DNA from: Mobula hypostoma
Lineage: Eukaryota
Assembly: GCF_963921235.1 (NCBI RefSeq)
Contig: NC_086108.1
Span: 96,226,001-96,290,000, forward strand
Direction of reading: 5' to 3'
Length of the DNA: 64,000 nt
Shown here in pieces: positions 11,821 through 24,099 of this stretch. Position 1 is the stretch's first letter. Every line of letters starts with the position of its first letter. The notes under the pieces were generated by a model, which had not been told where the DNA came from, did no database searches, and worked only from the letters and a program-made list of their open reading frames with translations. The translations under genes were made by a program, and so were the position numbers.

Positions 11821-12194
11821 GTATCGGAGCATATTGTAAGGAATTAGATGCTATACCATTATCAAAACAGACTGCAGTAATTTCATCTAAAGGATGTCCT
11901 GTTTGAATGAAATAAATTCTTTTGCATCACTTGTAAGTAGTCAACACATTGAGTTACACAGCACAGAAAACTTGCTATTGAACTTTACCTTAAATCTATC
12001 GGCATTGATTTAGGACCATTTGTCTTTATACAAGCAGTGAATCAGTATGGACCATCCAAACACAAATAGGTAGAAGTGGCGTCGTTTTCTTGATCCCTAC
12101 AAGTTCTTTCTTCAGTAGCATAGGCATTAATGAAGTGTTGGTATAAACATCCTTTAAATATTATTGTGCATCAACTCCTTATGAGTACTTAAAG

Positions 12195-12485
12195 GACGCC
12201 ACAGTAGCTTAACGAATAGAGTGACGCTATTGCAGCTCGGGGCATTAGAGTTTGGAGATTATTTCTGACACCATCTGTAAGAAGTTTGTATCTTTCCCGC
12301 GAGCACGTGTGTTTCAAAAACATACTTTCCAAAGTTTCACAATCCAAAGGCATACCGGTTGGTAGATTAATTGCTCATTGTAAATTGTCCTGTGATTCAG
12401 CTAGAGTTAAATAAGTGAGTTAGTAGGTAGTGTGGCTCAATGGGCTGTAAGGGCCTGACTTGTGCTGTATCTCTAAATAAATAAA
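12195..12485 (+). mobile_element. V-SINE/HE1-like SINE with CR1-like tail
   Basis: Decayed tRNA head, core ...cattgtaaattgtcctgtgatt..., tail gggctgtaagggcctg...ctgtatctctaaataaataaa. Confidence 0.65.
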
Positions 12486-14131
12486 AAGGAGACCAGACTC
12501 ACATTTACAAAGACCCAGGCCATGCATTGCATTATCCACAATTTTGGTAGCAACAGTTTAAAGCACATGTTTAAGCTACTGAGATACTTTTGAGGATGAT
12601 GATGGTGGGGAATGCAGTGTGGGTATCATTGAAAGTAGTATAGTTGCCTGATCACTTTTCTAAGAGGCATCCTGGCACGCGCTACAAATTTCTGGATATT
12701 ATCCAAGTCCCATTTCACTGTTGGAGCAGCTGTGAGTAGTACTGGAATCTGCATACTTCTCCAAATTGTGAAATGTGTTGGAGGTACTGAGTGGAAAATA
12801 AAGCATTCCCACACAGGGATACATGAGCTGACAAAGTAACTTCTGACCCATGGTTTTCTGCTGCTGACAAAAACCAGGCATTAGCAAGCTTCCAAGTATT
12901 AATTCAAGATTCAAGTTTATTTATCACGTGTACATTGAAACGTACAGTGAAATGAGTCAATTGGATTAACTACCAACACAACCGAGGGTGTGCTGGAGGC
13001 AGCCCGCAAGTGTCGCCACACATTCCAGCACCAGTATAGCATGCCCACAATCTCAGTAGATCAGCACAGAATCTGAATGAAGTAAAATTTTAAAATTTTA
13101 TATATGTTCTGAAGAGGACGATGAGATAAATTAAGAAAATGGCTTCAACTGAAGTGGACTTGTGTCACCATCTGTTAGTGGATCAAAGTTAGTTGAACGT
13201 TCAATAGTTTATCATTATCCATTTAAGGAGTTATAAATTTTCCTTTTTTTGAAGTTGAAGATACGTAAAATTTGTGGTCTTTTTTTGAAACTGAAATGCT
13301 GGAAGTAATTCAGAAATTCTTAAGGGAGACAAGAGATGTGCTGCAGCTGCTAAGGGGGGATGTTTGCCATCTAAATCTCTGTGCAACAAATGGTGAAGTA
13401 ACAGGTGCAGGAGCTACAAGAGGAAGAAAAGTCACTTCTAATGTGACAAAGTGAAAATATATCTTTGCATCTCATCGGGGAATCAACATGAAATTGACAA
13501 GAAGCAATGATGTGCTGTAACAAGTGTTGGACTGAATATAAGCGGCTGCTGAAAATGCTCAAAATTCTGTTGCCTATATACTAAAATTATGGGTCAACAT
13601 GCTGTATTAATTTGTACGTCAAAAAAGTAGAGCCAAATGGTATATTACCTCTATTTTTTAAAAAATGGTCTTGTTCATCACTTTTCACTTATTTGTTCCA
13701 AAAATGTTTGCATTTCAGAAACTAGCTTACCTATGCCATTTGTATGTGTCTACGTTACCAAATGACACTTAGCACATAAACCAGAGGATGAAATTTTACT
13801 GCTGTGTTTTATTTCCCCACTTTCATTCTTCTTAACATGTTACCTAAGTTTACAGTTTTATTTCCTGTTGCTATTTTAACTCCATCAATAACTTTCCTTC
13901 ACATTGCTATCTTTTGAAATGTGCATTCCATCTTTTTCTATTTAGTTTTGTTAAAGGCACGGCACAAATGTAATGTGGATGGTGGGAAGTGTGCCTTTTC
14001 TCTATGTCAAAAATGAAGTAATACAGCAGACACAAACACGAGGAAATCTGCAGGTGTTGGAATTTCAAGCAACACACATAAAAGTTGCTGGTGAACACAG
14101 CAGGTCAGGCAGCATCTCTAGGAAGAGGTAC

Positions 14132-14167
14132 AGTCGACGTTTCGGGCCAAGACCCTTCGTCAGGACT
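14132..14167 (-). ncRNA. Minimal type I hammerhead ribozyme motif
   Basis: AGTC-CTGACGA-A-GGGT CTTG GCCC-GAAAC-GTC-GACT on the minus strand. Confidence 0.75.
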
Positions 14168-14592
14168 AACTGAAAGAAGAGCTAGTAAGAGATTTGAAAG
14201 GGGGAGGGGGAGGGGGAGATCCGAAATGACAGGAGAAGACAGGAGGGGGAGGGATGGAGCCAAGAGCTGGGCAGTTGATTGGCACAAGGGATATGAGAGG
14301 ATCATGGGACAGGAGGCCTAGGGAGAAAGAAAAGGGTGGGGGGGGGGAAGCCCAGAGGATGGGCAAGGGGTATAGTGAGAGGGACAGAACCTTGCCCATC
14401 CTCTGGGCTTTTGCCCCCCTCCCCCCTTTTCTTTCTCCCTAGGCCTCCTGTCCCATGATCCTCTCATATCCCTTGTGCCAATCAACTGTCCAGCTCTTGG
14501 CTCCATCCCTCCACCTCCTATCTTCTCCTATCATTTCAGATCTCCCCCTCCCCCTCCCACTTTCAAATCTCTTACTGGCTCTTCTTTCAGTT

Positions 14593-14628
14593 AGTCCTGA
14601 CGAAGGGTCTCGGCCCGAAACGTCGACT
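14593..14628 (+). ncRNA. Minimal type I hammerhead ribozyme motif
   Basis: AGTC-CTGACGA-A-GGGT CTCG GCCC-GAAAC-GTC-GACT; stem I AGUC/GACU, stem II 4 bp, palindromic ACGU in place of stem III. Confidence 0.78.
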
Positions 14629-14971
14629 GTACCTCTTCCTACTAATACAGTAGACACATTTCTTTGTAACTCTACTATGAGTTAAGCTGTCAAATGAACC
14701 AGATGAGTAGGGGAAGGAATTGTAACTTAAGAACGGAAGGAACAACCACAACTCCTGACAAACACTTTTCTTATGAAGGGAAAAGGCAGCATTGAACACT
14801 TTCTCTTTGCTGGAAGGGAGAATATTGTGCTCCCACTGTATTTCTGAAGTGAATCAACGGCTAGAATCATTGCAATAAGTGATGAGACTGCTCAAGCCAC
14901 AGTATACTGTGATAATCATAATTTTGACCCAATAATGAAGTAAGACGGACAATACAGATCAAGATCAGACC

Positions 14972-15098
14972 TGCCAAAGGGTCTCGGCCCGAAACGTCGA
15001 CTGTAATTTTTTTCCATAGGTGCTGTCTCGCCTGCTGAGTTCCTCCAGCATATTGTGTGTGTTGCTTGGATTTCCAGCATCTGCAGATTTTCTCTTGT
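14972..15098 (+). mobile_element. Short pLTR-derived element with TSD
   Basis: Truncated hammerhead plus family tail; TSD TCA(A/G)GATCAGACC at 14959-14971 and 15099-15111. Confidence 0.75.
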
Positions 15099-16557
15099 TC
15101 AGGATCAGACCACATATGCTTTGGAAAGCATTTGGAAGTGATAATGTTGCAATACCTATGCACTTTTGATCTAAGTAGTAGAAGCCCCAGCTTCAAAAGA
15201 CTTTATCAAACAAACCTTGATGAAAGCATTCAAAAGCTTATAAAAAAAATGTACTCCACCATAAAATGTAAATTTTAGTAGCAGATGATCCATAAGGGAC
15301 CAATAAGACTAGTTAACTCAAGGCAATTCTGCTTGTAAATATTCCAGTTTTCGGGGCACAGTTCACTATTAACAGAACTGGTTTCCTCAGCACTATATAC
15401 CTTGCACGGTATTTTGACCCAAGGGAATTGTCCATAGGGATCATGTCATTTTGAGGTCCAGATAATGGAGCAGTTTGCACCAACCACAGGTTCTCTGAAC
15501 AAAAATAGTCCAGTTGCCCCATTGATGTCAACCAGCAGAATGTATTGTAACAGAAAATAAAATAAAAGTTTAAATACCAGATTGTACATGTTAATCATTT
15601 GAAAGCTATTATAACATTAAAGCATTGTGTTTATTAAATGATCTTACAGATTGTCTTTTGTCTCGTCATTCCTGGATGGTTCTACTGATGCACAGAACTT
15701 GCAATTTTTTACTTTCTTACTTAAGGGAATGGTGGTAAATATCATTATGGATGCAATATCAATCTTCAAAAGTAGCACTGAATTATAGATGTGGTTGATG
15801 TAGTAATATTGACATTTTTACATTTAAGTTTCAATCCCCGCTTTTTAATCAACTCAATTGCTTGGCCTTTCTCTGGAGACTGAGTCGGTCAGTTTAGCCA
15901 AACAATTTAGGGAGAGGAACTAGTAAATCCTACTCATTGCAACTGATAAGTTCCTGAAATCACTATTGGTCTAATTCATGGAAAATTCCTTGTACTCAAT
16001 CTAAGGGTCGGATCGTGAAGGGCTAACTTAAAAAAGGAGAAAGAATAAAGAGAAAATTCACGACTCCAATTTGAAAATACCTAATTATTCATGGAATGTT
16101 TGGAAGCTGATGTGGACTGAGTTATGATGTAAAATAATTTAAATGTTGAATTTTTTTCAATCTCAATCTGAATACTGTTGTTGAGGCAAGCCCACATAGA
16201 TTCATTCAGTCTACCAGAAAACCCAATGCTTGAGAATGTTGCTATTGTTCAGATTGCACTTTTGCAGTATGTAATACATTGTAATAATACAGTAATACTA
16301 TTGTTCCTCTTTCAGACCATGATATTAAATAGTATAATAGTGTTGTGTTCAACTGTTTAGAGTTTTTGACATTAGGATTTGAGAGCCTTTTGAAAATTTG
16401 AATTTGAGCTGTTGAAGACAGAAGAGCTGAAACTAATCCTGACCTATAGAACAGTCTATACATTACCAAACTGTTTGATAGTTTGCAATAAAATTAAATA
16501 CAACAAATCAGTATTGATGTAATTGTAACTCAGGAGTACGCCTGATCTAAGTGAAAC

Positions 16558-16801
16558 ACACACACAAAATGCTAGAGTCGGGCAGCATCTATGGAGAGGA
16601 ATAAACTCCTTTTCCCCACCTTCTTTTTCTAGCTTCCGTCCCTTCCTTTCCAGTCCTCATGAAGGGTCACTGCCTGAAATGGCAACTGCTTATTCCTCTT
16701 CATACATGCTGCTTGACCTGATAGGTTCCTCCAGCATTTTGTGTGTGTGTGTGTTACTCTGGATTTCCAGTATCTAAAGAATATCTTGCACTTTATTTTC
16801 T
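16558..16801. mobile_element. Older inverted pLTR-derived element with 12 bp TSD
   Basis: TSD TCTAAGTGAAAC at 16546-16557 and 16802-16813; inverted tail segments; lies just upstream of the 16880 acceptor. Confidence 0.75.
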
Positions 16802-16879
16802 TCTAAGTGAAAACTTGTTTTAAGTCTTGTACTCTTTAAAACAGAAGTATTGACAATTTCCTGTTTTTCCATCACTTAG

Positions 16880-17181
16880 ATGAAGAAGAGGTAGATTCCT
16901 TCCTTCCACCAGAGCTTTCTATTCTTAGAGAGCCATTATGGTCACCTGAACAGGCCTTGCCTGGTGTGAAAGAAAAACTTTGGTTTCCATTTCCCTTTGA
17001 CCAAGGCAGGTTGGATACAGCTCACAAGTTGCCGCAGATATCATCAGATAGTGCATTTAAAAAACTAATGAGAAATGGATTCCCTGAACCAGAAGAAATT
17101 CAAACCATTGATAATGTGGCCCTATTTGTTCAATGTGAGGATGAAAGAATGATAGCTGCAATTGAAAAGAGCAGCTTGCAG
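16880..17181 (+). CDS. TGFBR3: TGFBR3 exon (linker and start of ZP-N)
   Basis: cttag|AT GAA...TTG CAG|gtttgt; 302 nt; DEEEVDSFLPPELSIL...FPFPF...PEPEEIQTIDNVALFVQCEDERMIAAIEKSSLQ; phase continues from previous exon. Confidence 0.93.
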
Positions 17182-17539
17182 GTTTGTTTAATTCCAGTAT
17201 GTGCTGCAACAACTCTAATAATTTGTGATCTTTGTGAATTAATATATCTGCAGTGCTAATGATGCAAAACCTAAAAGCCCTTATTAGTTATAAATAAATT
17301 GGTTTGTTACATGTATGAAGGTACAGTGAAAAACCTGTCTTGCACGCTGTCCATGCAGGTCATTTCATTACAACAGTGCATTGAGGTAGTATAAGATTAT
17401 ATTTACAGAGTAAGTGCAGCGCAGGTAGACAATAAGGTGAAAGGCCATAACAAGCTAGATCATGAGGTCAGGTCTTATAGTATAGGTCTGACTCAGTTCA
17501 TTTCTGGCTAAAGACACAGCAGTACTTGAGTCTTCTGTG

Positions 17540-18515
17540 GCCGTAAAGGAGATTTGAAGGAAATTGTAACAGGCCACTTCGAAAGTAAAAATGGGCAGAA
17601 TCAACATGGATTTATGAAAAGAAAAGGTGTTTGAAAAATTTGTTATTCTTCTCAGATTGTGATTTGCAATCAAGGTTATCCACCATGGTCCTTTGGTTGA
17701 GGTTGTAGGACTAAGCAAACAGCTTTATACTCTCTTAAGTTTTGGAAAATGAGTATTTAAAATTCTTATATAGTGTGATGCAGGGTTGATGCTTTTTGCC
17801 GCTTAAGATGTCCAGAATATGGGGTCACAGTCTCAAAATAAGGCTCAACTATTTAAGCATGAGAAGAAATTGATCAATCTTATAGAATTCTGCACCCAGG
17901 AGAACTGTGCCATCTCTGCCAGTGAGTTTATTCAAGAAAGAGGTGGATAGACTTTTGGATATTAGGGGAATCAAGTGAATTTGAGTTGATGGAAAGGAGA
18001 CACTGAGCAAAGATAGCCATGATTTTATTGAATGGTGGAGAAGGTGTAAAGTGTTGAATAAGCTTTACTGTGTCTGTTTCTTGTATTCTTAATCTGAAGG
18101 TAATTCAACAAAAGAACTGCACCTTCAAATAAAATGTTTAAATGTATTTGCAATGCATGGGTAGTATTTGAAAGAATCACTGTTGTTTTCCATGACATTG
18201 TGATTGAAAGATATTTGGCCTTTGTTTGAAAGAAAATGCTCGCTTTTTTTCTAATTTAAGGGGACATGTTAGTTTTAGGAACGATCATTTAAAAAATAAT
18301 TTAAATGATTTAATTTAGTTGACGCTTGGAATGCGCTGCCTGGGGTGGTGGTAGAGGACAATACATTAGGTACTTTTAAGAGACATTTAGATGGATTTGA
18401 GAAAATGGGAGGGTATGCTTAAGGGATTAGTTTAGATGGTCATTTGATTATTTATTTGGTTCAGCACAATGTAGTGGGCCGAAGGGCCTGTTCCTATATT
18501 GTACTGTTCTGTTCT
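17540..18515 (+). mobile_element. Degenerate CR1 fragments (two 3' ends)
   Basis: caacatggattt (QHGF), ggtcacagtctcaaaata, gggccgaagggcctgtt tail. Confidence 0.65.
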
Positions 18516-18738
18516 AAATGACACAGTTTATTCTGCCATGTACAGATCTTGTACATGGCCATGAATGAACCAAAATTGACAACCTGCAATCATGTTAGGA
18601 ATCTCATCATCCACAGTATTATACTAGACTCCTGCCATTGCTATTAAAATCTGTTTTAATTGCATCGCCTTGAGAACGTAACTTGTACCGAACAGATGTG
18701 TTACATTTTACTATGTCTTCTGATCCTTCCCTATACAG

Positions 18739-18891
18739 GATGACACATCTGCAGTAATGCAGATTTCTTTACTAGATCCAAATTGTAAAGCAAAAGTAAA
18801 TGCCACGCATTACATTTTGGAATCTTCAGTCACTGACTGTGACACGACCAGGTATCCATCTGTGGATGGTTCCATCATCTATTTGAATTCG
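18739..18891 (+). CDS. TGFBR3: TGFBR3 exon (ZP-N)
   Basis: tacag|GAT...TCG|gtacgt; 153 nt; DDTSAVMQISLLDPNCKAKVNATHYILESSVTDCDTTRYPSVDGSIIYLNS; not in the ORF track. Confidence 0.95.
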
Positions 18892-20079
18892 GTACGTAAA
18901 ACAATTGATAAGCTGCCTTTTTTAAACTAGCTGTGAAAGATCAAAGCAGAATTTTTTTGTCCTGTCCACCAGCTGATTGTTAGCTCTTGTCAATGATTTT
19001 TGAAGTTGAAAGTTATGCTTTGGGCAAGATTAGTGCTTGAAAATTGAATAGCACGATTTAGGCATGCCATTGTCAATAGATCTTCCACTAGCAATAGATC
19101 TTTCCATCATTACTTACTGTGGATGAGTCTATAAATTAAAAGAAGGGTTGAGCTGGCATATTAGTTAGAGGGTTTAGCATTTGGAGATTGGAAGGAAGTC
19201 AGTCTGACAAGTGAAAGATTGAGGACGTAGTTAGCAGTCATTTCTGGTAATAGGTCATTGAAAAGCCCATGGGAAAAACCAGGAAAGCATATTCTTCAAA
19301 GAAGGCCCATCTGAGGCAAAATCTTTGTACTAGACTCCATAGGCCCTAGCCAGTTACTTTATAACTAATGCTGTAGCAGGCATTGTAAATATTATGTAGG
19401 CCTGTTTCTGCATGTACAGCTTTAGCTGTCAACAGGTGATGCACCCACAAAGGAGAGGCCAGTAAATCTGTATGTCATTGTATGCTGCTATGCAAGTCTG
19501 TGCTCTTCCATGTATTACTATGTCAACCCCTGGACATGGTAACACATTTGTATAATACTTCATACTTTTCACATTTCTCCTTTTAACATTTTATTTCCAA
19601 GTAAATTTCAATTACTTAGGGGACCAAAGCGTGGTATCAGTGCAAACATATTTCTGGTAATTTGTTTTTCAGATCCATGCTTTGTATTTCAATCAAACAT
19701 ATCGTTTTACTGATTACAAATTATTTATTAGAGTAATATATTTTTAGATTATTTTTTATAACACAAAAATATAAAAGGAAAAGTTTATCTTCCAAAAAAC
19801 AGATTTATTGTGTTTTTTCTTGCTTTTCCATGTGCTTTTCTCATTATTTGTTAATCTTACAAAAGGAGTTGATGAAATGTGATTCAGAGCAACTTAGTTC
19901 TAGAAGGGACACGATGACAAATTTAAAAGTTCCACTGAATGAATTAGTTCTTTTTTCTGACCCAACCATTATTTTGTTACCTTGTTACCTGGTAGAGCTG
20001 TTCTTTTTCTTCTTTCATGCTTATGCTCAGCTTAGAAAGCTTAAAATGTCAGACCATGAAAAGCAGATTCAAATGATGA

Positions 20080-20220
20080 CAAATGCAAGAGATTCTGCAG
20101 ATGCTGGAAATCTTGATCATTGTACACAAAATGCTGCAGGAACTCAGCAAGTCAGACACCATCTATGGAAGAGAATAAACAAACACTCAATGTTTCGACC
20201 TGAGATCCTTCATCAAGACC
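20080..20220 (-). mobile_element. Degenerate pLTR-derived short element
   Basis: gattctgcagatgctggaaatc...ggaactcagca...tgagatccttcatcaagac. Confidence 0.7.
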
Positions 20221-20690
20221 CATCAGATGGAATGGCATTGTATTTGGGAGGGAGATTCCTTAGGAGAGCAGAAAAAGATAAAGAAAAAGAGGAAAATTAT
20301 ACTTTTATAAAATTCTACACTAACAGTGGTTCATGAGATTTCTCTTCATGGTGGAGAAGGAATGTAGGCAGAAAATAGGAGGTAAAATTAAGATAAATTC
20401 ACATGGAGGTGTGGATAGAAACAAAGGAATCTTCCAAAAATGCAATGTTCCAGTGCGTGGTAAGGCAAGGCAGTTAAAAGAGAAAGTTACTAAGGATGGC
20501 AGAGGAGAAATGATGTATAGCTGCTGATGGAGAGAGCATGGAATAGTGATAGGTAGCACTGTGCGAAAGAGCTAATCAGAGATTAGGAAATATTATTCCT
20601 ATTGTTTTAATCATGACCAATGAGCTTTGCAGATCAAGTATATCAAAAAAAATAAATTTAAATATTCTTAAATGTTTCCCTCACTGATAG

Positions 20691-20816
20691 ATTGTGATGC
20701 AGGTAGAATCCTCTGTTGAAGGAAGTGGATGGCAGAGTGATAATGAAGAGTCGGGAGATAATGGCTTCCCTGGAGATGGTGATGACCCAGTTGGAGGCAA
20801 ACCGAGGACCATTCTG
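20691..20816 (+). CDS. TGFBR3: TGFBR3 exon with glycosaminoglycan attachment Ser-Gly sites
   Basis: gatag|ATT...CTG|gtatgc; 126 nt; IVMQVESSVEGSGWQSDNEESGDNGFPGDGDDPVGGKPRTIL; cf. human SSGW...ESGDNGFPGD. Confidence 0.95.
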
Positions 20817-20899
20817 GTATGCTATGCAGCTTGCATATTGTTTTTCCATTCACATTTGTGTATGTAGAATGAGTTAGACTTCATAAAAGAGATGATACA

Positions 20900-21405
20900 A
20901 AGGTTGGAAGTACTGTAGAATGTCGTCAGAGACAAGTGTGTAGTGATACACCTTGGAAGATCAAACTTGAAGACTGAGTACAAGGTTAAAGGCAGGGTTC
21001 TTAGCAGTGTGGAGGAACAGAGAGATGTTGGGATGCAAGTCCATAAATCGCTCTAAGTTGACATGCAAGTTGATAGGGTGATTAAGAAAGTGTATGATTT
21101 AATCCTCCTCCTTTGGTAGGAGGATTAAGTTCAAGAAATGTGAGGTAAGATTGCAGCTCAATAACACTCTAACTAGACCACTCTTGGAGTGTTGTTTTCC
21201 TCTTCTACCAAAGTGCGTGACCATACACTTCCCAGTGCTGTATTCCATCTGCCACTTCTTTGTCCCTTCTCCTAATCTGCCTAAGTCCTTCTGTACCCTC
21301 TTTACTTCCTTAAAACTACCTGCCTCACCACCTATCTTCGTATCATCAACAAACTTTGCAACAAAGCCATCAATTCCATCATCCAAGTCATTGATATATA
21401 AAGTA
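20900..21405. mobile_element. Adjacent CR1 RT fragments in opposite orientations
   Basis: + fragment to ~21195 (RPLLEC); - fragment AKFVDDTKIGG from ~21195 to 21405. Confidence 0.75.
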
Positions 21406-22379
21406 AAAAGAATTTTAATGTTCTTGGATTAGATTTGACTGTACGTGTGATAAATACATCTGAATTGGGAATGAGAATACTAATAGATTCGGCATTGAAA
21501 AAGATCGTGTCATAATACATGTAGAGAGTTGCATTAGTGACCAGGACCCTACCCTCCCCACACTACCTATGGAAACTGGATGATGATGCAGCCATTGCGA
21601 CCAGCACTTGGTGGAGTGAGCCAGTGAGAGAATGTGCAGAAGATGGCCTTGAGAGCTGGTGTCAGGAGGATAGCGGTGAGGTGTACAGCCTCTCAACATC
21701 AGGAAGCAGGGCTCAGGGCTGCTCTTGGCTTACCAAGATAGTGCAGGTGTTAACTGGGAACTGGGAGTATCAGCTGCCATTATCATTGTGCAGCTCTCCT
21801 CAACCTGTGGATTTCTTTGTTATCACAGGCTTAAAAGCCAGTGTGCATTGTTGAGTTTGTTATTGTGGTGGAGTCTCAAGGCTGGAGAGAGCTGTGTTGT
21901 CCAAAGAGTGGATGTTACACCACTTTTCATCACATCCCGCATACTACAAAAGTGGGTAGGAGAAAGTGTGGAATCCAGACTGTCTATAGACCTGTGCAAC
22001 AATGGCCTACATTCACTACAGTTCTGCGCCCCACACCTCTGTACTGAGTGGATGCAACTCTGGCCTCTTCCTGCCCAACACTAGCTCTCACAGGCAGCCA
22101 CAGACCATCGCTTCAGTGGTTCACTCCACACCAAGCCATGCAGTGATGAAATATTATTTCAATGGTGTGGAAACACTATGTTCTAAGCATACCAGCAGCC
22201 AGCTTATGGGTGTATTTTTCCATGTACAGAGGGGTACGCATTGTGTACTCTTTCAAGCCTACCACAAAGCTCCCTACTAAGTGCAGAGGTTGTCATGGAT
22301 GCTTGAGACCCCACACCACCAGGGTACACCACTAGGTAATGAATGTATAATCCATCTTCACAGACACAGACAGCCATCT

Positions 22380-22500
22380 TCTTTGATGCATTAGACTTTC
22401 TTTCTAAGGGAGGAAGCCTTAACAAGAAGAGCCCACTTGCCAAATGGAACCCATTCATAGGCAAAGAAGGCCTACTCAGAGTTGAAGGAAGATTAAAGAA
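22380..22500 (+). mobile_element. BEL/Pao LTR retrotransposon polyprotein fragment
   Basis: SPLAKWNPFIGKEGLLRVEGRL resembles the L.PF.D..GLLRVGGRL motif preceding the BEL/Pao integrase. Confidence 0.5.
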
Positions 22501-22661
22501 GGTATTGAGTGTTAGGACTCCTGGACAAGGCTGCAATATAACTCAGCATTCTGTTGGGTAGTACTAAGCAGAGAGCCTGTGCCCTAGAACTCTTAGGAAG
22601 AGTTTAATTGATGTTCGCAATCACAACAGCTCTCTTAATAATAATTCACTTCTTGTTTCAG

Positions 22662-22841
22662 TTTAACTGTACGTACAAGACAGCAAGCAAGAAATCAGAA
22701 CTGCCTTCACGTCCTCATTTCCCTTCTGTGACACAAATCAACAATGCAACTTTGAATATGGAGCTGTATAACACAGACTTGTTCCACACTCCCTCGCAAG
22801 GAGTGCACACCGTTTCAGAAAATCGCCCTTTATATGTTGAG
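22662..22841 (+). CDS. TGFBR3: TGFBR3 exon (ZP-N/ZP-C junction)
   Basis: ttcag|TTT...GAG|gtaatg; 180 nt; FNCTYK...NMELYNTDLFHTPSQGVHTVSENRPLYVE. Confidence 0.95.
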
Positions 22842-23261
22842 GTAATGGCCTTGGCCAGCTTGCAAATGAAGAATTGTGCAATCTGTGCTTTTAGCAGAAT
22901 TATTTTTTGGCAGTTATGCATGCAGAAGAACATGTGGTTAGCTTGTGGTTTATCAGTCTTTGGTATGACCGGGAAAATTTCAGCCCAAAAGTGATACTGA
23001 AGTTTGACAAAAGTGGTTATTCTCATGACACAATGACCATAATTTCATTCTGGTGGATAATACTACTTATAAAACCAGGAACTTTAATAATATTACATCA
23101 GTCTCTCTTAAGTACTCACTTTATGCCTGAATTATATTCATACTTATTTAAGGTCCTGTTGGTGTGAGATTCACATTTCAATAAACAGCATTAGAATACA
23201 CTGTGATCATCTTCAGCAGGCTTTTATGCATGTAATCTCCAGAGCAGCCTGGTATTTTGCA

Positions 23262-23451
23262 ACACACACAAAATGCTGGAGGAGCTCAGCAGGTCAGGCA
23301 GCATCTATGGAAAAGAGTATTGTTGACATTTTGGGCAGAAATGTTGACTGTTTACTCTTTTCCATAGATGCTGCCTGGCCTGCTGAGTTCCTCCAGCATT
23401 TTGTGTGTTGCATGGATTTCCAGCATCTGCAGATTTTCTCTTGTTTGTGAT
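23262..23451. mobile_element. Inverted pLTR-derived element with 12 bp TSD
   Basis: Arms of ~60 bp; TSD TGGTATTTTGCA at 23250-23261 and 23452-23463. Confidence 0.85.
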
Positions 23452-24099
23452 TGGTATTTTGCACCAGTGTTTATGTCCTGAAAAACAAACATAAGTTGCT
23501 GAGTTTTCCGATGCTGAATGACCTGTTGAAAATGTTGTGTTAAAGTGTCTACCTCATTCTCACTCACTGCTTTCTGCAATATTCCACACAAAAGTAACTA
23601 AGAGTTAATTTAATCCAAGAAATTTAAACCACAAACCAACCAGATGTTCACTCAGATCCTTGCAGCCCTGCCAAGAATTAAATGGGAATTTAAATGTACT
23701 TGCCTACTTCTTTCTGTGTGATTTTGTAGATAAATTGCAAGTTACTTTTAAAAAGTTGAAGTAAGTGAAATAAGAACGGATTGATGGAAACATTAATTAG
23801 GGCATATATTATCTGTGGAAAGAGTTAATATTTCAAGTCAAACACCTTTTGTCAAAACTGGGAAGAAGAGAAGGCACGTTAGTTTTAAGTTGCAGGAAAG
23901 GTGAAGGAGAGATGGATAGGCCAAAGGGAATTTCTCTGATGGGTGCTAGGGAATAGGTAGTTGATATCATCTGGTTGGTGGGCATTAGATCAGTTCAAAA
24001 GTGAGAAGCAATGGAATGTAAAAAGAAATTTAGGGCTGTAGGACATGCTCTGAAGGTCAGCCTGTGCTCATCAGGGGAGAGAGAGAGAGAGAGAGAAAA

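Larger units (their letters stand above)
14035..14642. mobile_element. Inverted pair of Penelope pLTRs with 16 bp TSD
   Basis: Arms 14119-14368 (-) and 14390-14641 (+); TSD TAATACAG(C/T)AGACACA at 14019-14034 and 14643-14658. Confidence 0.9.

Noticed and set aside
14085..14685. Repeated short ORFs (MLVNAAGQAAS..., ...SPDEGSRPETST...), also near 36672, 39582, 41781 and 43085
   Set aside because: Translations of non-coding pLTR and hammerhead sequence, not a gene family.
19830..20336. 168 aa ORF
   Set aside because: Runs through AT-rich intron and a decayed pLTR; no domain or splice support.
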